DNA of 15,962 nucleotides from Promethearchaeota archaeon (GTDB lineage: Archaea > Asgardarchaeota > Lokiarchaeia > Sigyniarchaeales > SOKP01). Shown piece after piece: positions 1-7,215 of the stretch. The notes below the pieces were generated by a model. The model did not search any database. It was given only the letters and a program-made list of their open reading frames with translations, and was not told the DNA's origin. A program made the position numbers and the translations under genes. The stretch is taken from NCBI GenBank assembly GCA_016840085.1, contig JAEOTA010000016.1, forward strand, positions 1-15,962, in the 5' to 3' direction. Every line of letters starts with the position of its first letter. Position 1 is the stretch's first letter.

Positions 1-773
1 GGACAAAAGCAGAAATTTCAATAGACATGTATTCTGTGTCAGAAACATTTAATGTAACTGTTAGTTTGATAAATGATACATGGGGCGAATATACAATTAA
101 TTGGATTAATAGACCTGTGCATAGAGAGGTAATTACTACTTTTACAGTAGCCGAAGGCAAAATCTATAAATTCGATATTACTGATTATATAGAAGGAAGA
201 AATGATATATCTATTTGTCTTAATGCTTCAAATTACTTACAGAATGGATATGTCCAAGGAAATTCAAAAGAAGGAGCTTATTCTAGTGAAGATTATCCTC
301 AATTAATTTGGACATATCCAGAAACTGCTGAAATAACTGTAACAAGTCCTAAGTCTTCTGATGTATGGCGAGATCTTAACTCTTATGATATAAAATGGAC
401 ATCTAAGGGTTTAATCGAATATGTAAAAATAGAATTATATAAAGGCACTACTTTTATAGAAGAAATCACTTATTTGTTTGGTTATACTGAAAATGATGGG
501 GAATATGAATTCTATGTCTCAAGTTCAGAAAATTATAAAGGTACAGATTACAGAATAAAAATCATGGATTATGACGATTCAAAAGTCTATAACTATAGTG
601 ATTATTTTTCTATTAATGAAGAACCCCCATCTGACGGAAATGGAGATACTAATGGGGATGGAGATACGGATGGAAATGGAGAGGTTGCAATTCCTGGATA
701 TAATCTATTAATAATTATCGGTATGGCTCTTGGAACTGGTATTTTTCTAATGAAAAAATTAAGATTTAAATAA
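1..773 (+). CDS. Cell-surface protein, 5'-truncated by the window edge: DNRLRE/CBM96-like domain + Ser/Thr-rich Ig-like (Kre9/GPI-anchored-type) domain + Gly/Asp linker + Loki-CTERM-like sorting signal
   Basis: The frame is open upstream of the ATG at 27 (TKAEISIDM aligns with IKAEISLDV of the 7216 paralog). Motifs: W-x-E-x-x-I-x-W, FDIT, SKE...PQL (DNRLRE-like); ITVTSP...IKWTS...VKIELYKG...NDG.Y...YRIKI...SDYFSI (Ig-like). The C-terminus IPGYNLLIIIGMALGTGIFLMKKLRFK is motif + TM + basic tail. Confidence 0.85.
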   Translation, partial: TKAEISIDMYSVSETFNVTVSLINDTWGEYTINWINRPVHREVITTFTVAEGKIYKFDITDYIEGRNDISICLNASNYLQNGYVQGNSKEGAYSSEDYPQLIWTYPETAEITVTSPKSSDVWRDLNSYDIKWTSKGLIEYVKIELYKGTTFIEEITYLFGYTENDGEYEFYVSSSENYKGTDYRIKIMDYDDSKVYNYSDYFSINEEPPSDGNGDTNGDGDTDGNGEVAIPGYNLLIIIGMALGTGIFLMKKLRFK

Positions 774-774
774 A

Positions 775-789
775 TTTTTTTTCTTTTTT
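775..789 (+). terminator. Oligo-T tract, probable archaeal intrinsic terminator
   Basis: TTTTTTTTCTTTTTT immediately after the stop at 773. Confidence 0.5.
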
Positions 790-837
790 ATAAATTTGGA
801 TTAATATGCTCTCTCAAATGAGCAATGGAAAGTAGAA

Positions 838-1032
838 ATGAGACGCCACTATTCACTTGATATAGGATATTTGAAAATGAGACATCCAACCATCGCTCAA
901 GGATATCTTAAACAAAAGATTGAAGATTGCATTGAAGATAAGGACAAAAAGACAATAAAAGAAAAGTTTCCTGACGTATGGGATGATTGTAAAATAGAAC
1001 TTACTCCACGACTCATTATTAAAAGAAATTAG
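838..1032 (+). CDS. Small hypothetical protein or 3' gene remnant
   Basis: 64-aa ORF. The frame stays open upstream to 805 (YALSNEQWKVE) with no start codon, suggesting a fragment. No recognisable motif. Confidence 0.35.
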   Translation: MRRHYSLDIGYLKMRHPTIAQGYLKQKIEDCIEDKDKKTIKEKFPDVWDDCKIELTPRLIIKRN

Positions 1033-1185
1033 TAAGTAAATATCAATTGTCTTATTCCTAGTATTATCTGACTTGAAAAGACTAGTTACTACCGGTATTA
1101 CAAGATTTTTTATTTAAATTGAAACATTACTAAATTGGATATATGTAATAATTTAAAAATTTCTACAGTTTTTGACTATAATATA

Positions 1186-1959
1186 ATGGCAGTAAAAGAA
1201 AGTAACAGAAAAATTACTATAGGAACTAAAGAATGGGCAGATAGTAATGTTAATTGTTATCTAGGATGCTCCAATGACTGTCGTTATTGTTATGCTAAAA
1301 AAATGGCAATTCGATTTAAAAGAAAGACTGCAAAAAATTGGAGAATAATGGTCCCTAATCAAAAGAATATTGACAAGGGTTATAGTAAACGAAAAGGGAG
1401 AATCATGTTTCCCACATCACATGACATAACAGATGCAAGCTTAAATAATTGTATAATAGTATTAAAAAAGCTTATTAGATCAAAAAATGAAGTCTTAATC
1501 ACAACAAAACCTAGATTTAATTGTGTCTTAGAAATCTGTAGAATATTTCAACAATATAAGAGGTATATTCAATTTCGATTTACAATCACCTCCATAAATA
1601 ATAAAATCTTGGGATTTTGGGAGCCCAGTGCACCATCGTTTGAAGAAAGATTTGATTCTTTAAAGTATGCTTATAAGCAAGGTTATAAGACGAGTATTTC
1701 TGTTGAACCTTTTTTAGATAAGGATCCATTTATTTTAATTGATATTTTGCGTCCTTATATAACAGAATCGATCTGGATTGGGAAGATGAATTATATTGGA
1801 CATAATATTGCTCCTGATATTGAGAAAAAGTATTATACTTTTATTCGAGAGATTAATTCAAAAGATAATTTACTGAAAATTGTGAAAAAGGCTGAATCAT
1901 ATAATGATCTAATTAGAATAAAAGATAGCATTTTTAACTCACTTGAGAACTATCAATAA
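1186..1959 (+). CDS. Radical SAM protein (SPL/Rv2578c-like core with DUF5131/Gp37-Gp68-like N-terminus)
   Basis: TKEWADSNVNCYLGCSNDCRYCYA contains CxxxCxxC. ITTK, FTITS...WEPSAPSFEERFDSL...GYKTSISVEP resemble SPL-like radical SAM enzymes. ATG at 1186 is preferred over TTG at 1135. Confidence 0.85.
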   Translation: MAVKESNRKITIGTKEWADSNVNCYLGCSNDCRYCYAKKMAIRFKRKTAKNWRIMVPNQKNIDKGYSKRKGRIMFPTSHDITDASLNNCIIVLKKLIRSKNEVLITTKPRFNCVLEICRIFQQYKRYIQFRFTITSINNKILGFWEPSAPSFEERFDSLKYAYKQGYKTSISVEPFLDKDPFILIDILRPYITESIWIGKMNYIGHNIAPDIEKKYYTFIREINSKDNLLKIVKKAESYNDLIRIKDSIFNSLENYQ

Positions 1960-2969
1960 CAGAATTCATTTAGAGGTTTAATCCTTCTTACTGCGATATC
2001 AAAGATATGTTTCATAAACTTTGCATTACAGTATTTAAATCTTGTTTCTCTAAGATATTTAATCGATTTTAGCCATTCAGCTCCAACATTCTCTCGACAG
2101 CAAAATAATAACGTGTAGAAAAAATTACCTTCCGATCGTACAGAGATTTCTTCAACTCTTCCAAATCCAATTGACTTTAGCTGTTTGATATATATAGAGC
2201 GACGCGCTTGAATTCCTGTATATTTATCTATTTCGCACCCATAGAAAAATTTATTCTTTTCTTGGTTATGCATTGAACGTGAAAATGCACTATCATGAAA
2301 TGTAATAATAAGATCTCCATATTCATGACACTCTCTTATCTTTTTTATTGTTTTGTATCCAATATCCATACCTTGGTTGTCTATTACCATTAGATAGTTC
2401 GGACAATCATATTTTTCTGTGATATTATTTAGCACATTAATGACCCATTCATTAGAGTCTATTTTCCCCTTATCAGGAGGTTCTATATTGAATTGCAATG
2501 AATTATTATAAAATTGATTTAAAGTTTCAAAGCGGCTCTTAATAACTCCTCTAATCTCAGGATCAATATCATTGATAAAATATGCACTAAACCCTTTTTT
2601 CTTTTTAAGGGAAATTAGAGCTACATTTATAGAAGTCCCAGGCATAATTAAAACGTCTTTTCCATTATTTTTTGTTAACTTTATCATCCCATAATTACTT
2701 AATGGATCAATAAAACAAGTGTCTATGAACTCCTGTTTTTGCAGAATTTTTAAATAAAGGTTTGAATAACTTCTAATGGCCAATTGTTTTATTGGCATCC
2801 ACCATCCTTTTCCATCTGGTCGTTGATAAAAGAACTTATTATTTTTTGGGAAATTTGGAATTTTCATCAAGCTTTTCCCTTCATTTATAAATCTTCTCAT
2901 GTTTGTTACATGATATTCTTGATCAGAACTTTTTTTTCTTTTTGTCGGAGCGTTATAAGAGGTCGTCAT
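1953..2969 (-). CDS. tcmP: Three-Cys-motif partner protein TcmP-like, Rossmann methyltransferase fold, divergent
   Basis: Ordered motifs W-x3-K-x2-AIRSY-x2-LY, FIDPLSNYG (cf. YIDxFAGxG), PGTSINVAL (cf. GSPxxAL), YFINDID, DSN, MVIDNQG (cf. FLDPxG), TIKKI, GDLIITF and FFYTLLFC. Adjacent to a radical SAM gene. ATG at 2969 is preferred over TTG at 3053. Confidence 0.75.
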   Translation of the reverse strand: MTTSYNAPTKRKKSSDQEYHVTNMRRFINEGKSLMKIPNFPKNNKFFYQRPDGKGWWMPIKQLAIRSYSNLYLKILQKQEFIDTCFIDPLSNYGMIKLTKNNGKDVLIMPGTSINVALISLKKKKGFSAYFINDIDPEIRGVIKSRFETLNQFYNNSLQFNIEPPDKGKIDSNEWVINVLNNITEKYDCPNYLMVIDNQGMDIGYKTIKKIRECHEYGDLIITFHDSAFSRSMHNQEKNKFFYGCEIDKYTGIQARRSIYIKQLKSIGFGRVEEISVRSEGNFFYTLLFCCRENVGAEWLKSIKYLRETRFKYCNAKFMKHIFDIAVRRIKPLNEFCY

Positions 2970-3162
2970 TTTTATCAAAAGGATGAATTCAACTGCTCTT
3001 TTTAAACTAGAAGACCATTTAGAATTTTCATAATTTAATGGTCTAATAATCAAAGCTTTATACTATAGAAAGTATTTATAAAATATTTAAAAAGACTTAG
3101 TATTAATCAGCTAATTCTAAATGCAATTCTTTTAATTTTTCATTTCTTAATATAATAATGAC

Positions 3163-3396
3163 ATGACTAATCCTGAGATTACAACTCAAAGAATTTTGTG
3201 GCTATTATCAAATCAATGGCTGCCTTTAAATAAAATTGCTGAGAATTTTCAGATAACAAAATTAACAGATAAGAAGTATTTGAATTTAAAATTAAAGGAG
3301 TTAAACCGCAAGAAGAAGATTGTATATATTTTTCATGTAAATGATATTTATTGGAGTTTTAACTCTTTTATCACTAATCCAATTATTACCGGTTAA
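3163..3396 (+). CDS. Small basic protein, possible winged helix-turn-helix
   Basis: ILWLLS...LPLNKIAENFQI...LNLKLKELNRKKKI...IYW follows a helix-helix-helix-wing pattern. Divergent from tcmP. Overlaps the next ORF by 56 nt. Confidence 0.5.
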   Translation: MTNPEITTQRILWLLSNQWLPLNKIAENFQITKLTDKKYLNLKLKELNRKKKIVYIFHVNDIYWSFNSFITNPIITG

Positions 3397-3987
3397 CGCT
3401 GAAGAGACGATATCATTGCTAAGCTACACATACAGACATCATTATTTCAAAATGGGGAATTTTGATTGTTATGTATGGGAATTTACTTCTTCTACTGAGG
3501 AGATTTTAGATCTTGCTTTAACAAAAAGGCAGTATGATGCCTTCTACAATATTTTCTTATCAGAATACACTGCTATCCTTAATAAACACAGCGGGTTTCA
3601 TGACTCAGGACGGTGGCGACCACCTAGCTCTAATACATGGCATTTTCTCTATATCAATAGAGGATATTCAACTACTTCACTCACCATAAATGACAATGTA
3701 CAGATAAATTATTATTTTCCTTGGATTCCATTAATATTGGGATTAATAATAGGAGTTCCATTAATAGCTATTACGACTTATTATACTCTTAAAAAAGTAA
3801 GAGAGAGAAAAGAAACGCTTATAAGAACGCCAGAACCATCAACTAAATTACCAATGCCCACTCCAGCTATTCAATCGTGTCAGCAATCTCAACAATCCAC
3901 TAAATTTGAATTTCGCCCTAAATGTGGGACAGAGTTACTATAGGGAAGTTCTGTACAAATTGCGGATTTGATATGAGTAAATTATAA
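3341..3987 (+). pseudogene. Signal peptide + beta-rich ectodomain + TM + Pro-rich linker + double zinc ribbon, with the zinc ribbon disrupted
   Basis: The ORF 3341-3943 ends FEFRPKCGTELL*. The -1 frame continues GKFCTNCGFDMSKL* (3943-3987), matching YCPNCGTTIPIEGKFCKHCGFELSNV of the 7216 gene. The first Cys position is CGC (Arg). The gene could still make a truncated membrane protein. Confidence 0.7.
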
Positions 3988-4038
3988 TTTTATAGATGTA
4001 AAATTTTTCATAGACTATATATATGAGAGGAATAAGAA

Positions 4039-4272
4039 ATGAATGTTGATGTTGATCTGATCTCATGTCAATTTCAAAATGAATATGAGATCAATTTTGA
4101 AATTTTTAAAAACGGTGAAGATGTCTTTACATTGATTTTTGAAATACCAAATACAGGGGACTTTTTTGTTAAAATAGATCAAGAACTAGTAGATAAAATG
4201 ACAAAAGCGTTTGGTGTAGTTTCAAAGGTTGGTAGCCGTTCTATTTCTTATGGATCAATTGTGAAACTTTAG
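4039..4272 (+). CDS. Small acidic hypothetical protein
   Basis: 77-aa ORF with ATG and GAGAGG upstream. No recognised family. Confidence 0.55.
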   Translation: MNVDVDLISCQFQNEYEINFEIFKNGEDVFTLIFEIPNTGDFFVKIDQELVDKMTKAFGVVSKVGSRSISYGSIVKL

Positions 4273-4631
4273 GAATAGTTTGGAATGTTTGGTAATCCCA
4301 TCAATGTATCTTATTTTTTTTTTCTTGAATACCTTCAAGAAAATTCTTTCCCTAAATTTTCATCGAAATCTGACTCTGAATTTAACCTTAAAAAGTATAA
4401 GTTAAACCATACTTGTATCAAGACAGAGATTTAAATAGTTCTTTTGATATCTTTATATAACTTTATTATTAGGTAAATCCATAGAGAAGAAAAATGAGAT
4501 TTATAATGAAGAAGGAATCTAAAAGAATACAGATTAAGTTTAAACCTCAACCTATAAGATTAAATCTTCAATGTCCTGTCTTCCTTTTTTTTAATTATAA
4601 ATTTATAACTTATATTAATTATATATCAAAT

Positions 4632-4639
4632 AAGGAGGT
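4632..4639 (+). promoter_or_regulatory. Shine-Dalgarno-like site AAGGAGGT
   Basis: Lies just upstream of the TTG at 4643. Confidence 0.55.
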
Positions 4640-4642
4640 ATT

Positions 4643-6430
4643 TTGAAGGCAATAATGGTGCATATGAAACAAAAGTTTACCTATGAACTCGAAGTAAAGT
4701 TTAATAAAGAATTTAGGTATCATACTAAAATTTATCAAGATATTATGGAAGAGATTTTGCCAAAAAAAATAGAGCAAAAATACTATAAAGATGCTCTAAA
4801 TTGGTTTTTTTATAGAGATAGAAAAGTCCCTTTATATGAAAAACATTCTATCCAAAGAATTGAAGTATATGAAGAAGATAGAATCTTAACTATTTATGCT
4901 AAGAAACAAACCGAAATGTTTAAGAATGTTAAATATCTTGCGTATAAAACTGGTTGGTATTTCTATATTACAGGGGCTCCTTTAAAGAAGGATATTGTCT
5001 CTAAAATTATCGATGATATCCCAAATCATAAAAAGAAAATTAGTTTTACTTGGTCCATATCCAAAAATATTACAATGGATTTAATACCGATTGAAAGTAG
5101 GATAAACAGAAATTCATATCTCTTAAAAATTCAAGATCAAGATTCAACTCAAGAAATAACTATTTTACTCGATGCTGGATTAGACAAGGATGGAATCAGG
5201 ATTTTAAGATCCCAAGTTAAGACTCTAAATCTTATTTTTATCAGTCATGCTCATTATGATCATACTTGTGGTTTAATGGATTTGATAAATGATTTTAAGA
5301 CCACCCCTATAATATCATCTCGTACTACATTTGAGTTCTTTATTCTATATAATTGGCATGTTGGCTCTTTATTTAAGAATAATCAGGATTTAATTAAAGA
5401 AATTATTCTGAGATATTATTTTATAAAAAATTTAGATATTATCGAGATAAATAAGGATTTTAGATTGAAATTTTTTTATGCAGGACATATGCCAGGAGCT
5501 TTAATGTTTTACATTGAATTGGGCGGATATAAATTTCTATATACAGGAGATTTTACGTATTATGATTATTTTCCCATTGCAGGAGTGAAAACACAGCAAA
5601 AGCTTCTACCTCGAAAAATCGATTTCTGCTTAGTTGAAGGTACTTCGAGTTCTCAACAATATGATGCACCATCACATATATTTAGCGTACTTAAAGATAA
5701 AATAACTGAAAGGATAAGACATTATAATCGAATTTTGATCTTAGCAGATTATGGGAGTACAGCAATGGTATATTTTTTTACATTATTTTATCATTTTAGA
5801 AAATCTCAAAAACAAAATGGGTTGGAAGCATTACGTCCTAATATTTATATGACCGAAAATTTAAAACGATTTTTCCAAATTTTAACATTTAACAACGAAT
5901 CCATTCATCCTTATTTGCAGAAAAATATAGGATTAGATTATAATCCTTTTCAGAGTGCTATTATTAAATGGCTAGAAGGATACCGAGATTTGAAAAGAGC
6001 TATAGAAAAAGGAGGAATCTTCATTTTACATGATGCAAACTTAAAAAATAAATTAGCTCAAAAAGCAGTAGAATTAATATCTAAATATAAAAATAATGTC
6101 ATTTTGCTATGTGGGCCTTTAAGAGAAAGACCTTCTATAGAATTAGCCTCAGGTAATGATAGAATTACTCTCGATTCTAACATTATCAACAACAAATCGT
6201 TTATTTGGAACCGATTATATCCCTCATTGCTTTTAAATCTTCATGCAGATGAAATCCAGTTATATAAATTGTTACAGAAGATAAATCCGGAGAAAATATG
6301 CTTTTTCCATCAAAATCCCAGTAAATTAACCGAAGTCCGTATGAACCTAAAGAGGAATTTTAAAGAATTAGAAAGTATGGCAATTTACCCTTATTCTGAA
6401 GACCAAATTCAGTTAATATCTGAAAAATAA
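4643..6430 (+). CDS. Metallo-beta-lactamase-fold beta-CASP nuclease (CPSF-73/aCPSF-like) with N-terminal extension
   Basis: Motifs in order: LLDAG (I), SHAHYDH (II, HxHxDH), YAGHMPGA (III), YTGDF (IV), VEGT (A), LHAD (B), FFH (C). A beta-CASP insert lies between A and B. Confidence 0.9.
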   Translation: MKAIMVHMKQKFTYELEVKFNKEFRYHTKIYQDIMEEILPKKIEQKYYKDALNWFFYRDRKVPLYEKHSIQRIEVYEEDRILTIYAKKQTEMFKNVKYLAYKTGWYFYITGAPLKKDIVSKIIDDIPNHKKKISFTWSISKNITMDLIPIESRINRNSYLLKIQDQDSTQEITILLDAGLDKDGIRILRSQVKTLNLIFISHAHYDHTCGLMDLINDFKTTPIISSRTTFEFFILYNWHVGSLFKNNQDLIKEIILRYYFIKNLDIIEINKDFRLKFFYAGHMPGALMFYIELGGYKFLYTGDFTYYDYFPIAGVKTQQKLLPRKIDFCLVEGTSSSQQYDAPSHIFSVLKDKITERIRHYNRILILADYGSTAMVYFFTLFYHFRKSQKQNGLEALRPNIYMTENLKRFFQILTFNNESIHPYLQKNIGLDYNPFQSAIIKWLEGYRDLKRAIEKGGIFILHDANLKNKLAQKAVELISKYKNNVILLCGPLRERPSIELASGNDRITLDSNIINNKSFIWNRLYPSLLLNLHADEIQLYKLLQKINPEKICFFHQNPSKLTEVRMNLKRNFKELESMAIYPYSEDQIQLISEK

Positions 6431-6489
6431 AGCATTATCGGGCTTATGGGAGAATTATGGACCAAATATCTTAGAGATGAGAATTTTGA

Positions 6490-6794
6490 GGTAAAATATC
6501 TATTTGTTTCTACTCAAAGGTACCATCTCGCCTTTTAGCTAGTGGTCTTGTCAATACAATAAGACCTATTTTCTCCAGATATCGTATGAACTCTTTTTTT
6601 TCAGGTCGTATGGGATCTGACACTCCCATAAAAATAAATGCTCCTGCATCCTTATATCCATTGAGAAAGAGATCTTTTAACTTCTTATAATTAATTCTCG
6701 TACTTTTTATACAAATAGGTTCCAATATAGGGGATGCTATATTAGAACGGTCAATAAAGACCGCCGCTTTCAAACCTGTTCTATTATAACTCAC
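6490..6794 (-). pseudogene. NYN (LabA/DUF88, PIN-like) domain RNase, truncated pseudogene
   Basis: AVFIDRSNI (cf. VFIDGxN). After the TAG at 6512-6510 the same frame reads KQIDIL (cf. EKGVDV). No SGDxDF motif was found downstream before the convergent beta-CASP gene. Confidence 0.75.
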
Positions 6795-7156
6795 ATTAAA
6801 ACCTACTAAATTGTCTTTTTTTTACCTTCTTAATTAGGGGAATTATTACTGTTGGAAAATAAAAATTACTAATAAAAATGGGATGAGAGTAGCGATTTAT
6901 CGTTGAGACATTACATCTTACGCATAATTATATTTCAATGATATTTCATTTATAAAAATGATGGCTCCCGAATTTAAAGATGAAATATTAGCTTATTGAG
7001 TATTTCTACGATAATTTCATTTAAAATATAAGAATGAGAGTCATTAAGCTTTAATGAATTTAAACCATTTGAACAAGATCAATTAAATAATTATGAATTT
7101 TCTGAAAGTCAACTTGAAGTTAAGATTTAAATTTTAAGCTGATAATTTATTTATTG

Positions 7157-7188
7157 TATAGGGAACCATATAGGGATCACTATAAGGC
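7157..7188 (+). repeat. Imperfect 12-bp-period tandem repeat upstream of the 7216 gene
   Basis: TATAGGGAACCA / TATAGGGATCAC / TATAAGGC. Confidence 0.5.
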
Positions 7189-7215
7189 TTTAATTATGTT
7201 AAAAAAAGAGTTAAC

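Noticed and set aside
631-681. DG/NG-rich repeat as CRISPR or VNTR
   Set aside because: It is a degenerate coding low-complexity linker with no fixed repeat-spacer structure.
2784-3005. 73-aa plus-strand ORF
   Set aside because: Antisense shadow inside the TcmP-like gene with atypical composition.
3941-3943. Pyrrolysine/stop readthrough of TAG to complete the zinc ribbon
   Set aside because: The continuation GKFCTNCG is in the -1 frame. In-frame readthrough gives GSSVQIADLI*, which is unrelated.
4320-4343. 10-bp inverted repeat TTTTCTTGAA-TACC-TTCAAGAAAA
   Set aside because: Mostly A/T and single-copy. It could be a terminator or operator but cannot be distinguished from chance.
6510-6512. 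Amber recoding in the NYN gene
   Set aside because: Readthrough adds only a few homologous residues, the rest of the domain is absent, and other genes here (3163, 4039, 11816) end normally in TAA/TAG.
6878-6926. Possible hairpin RNA upstream of the NYN gene
   Set aside because: Pairing depends on several G-U pairs and a very short loop, with no covariation evidence available.
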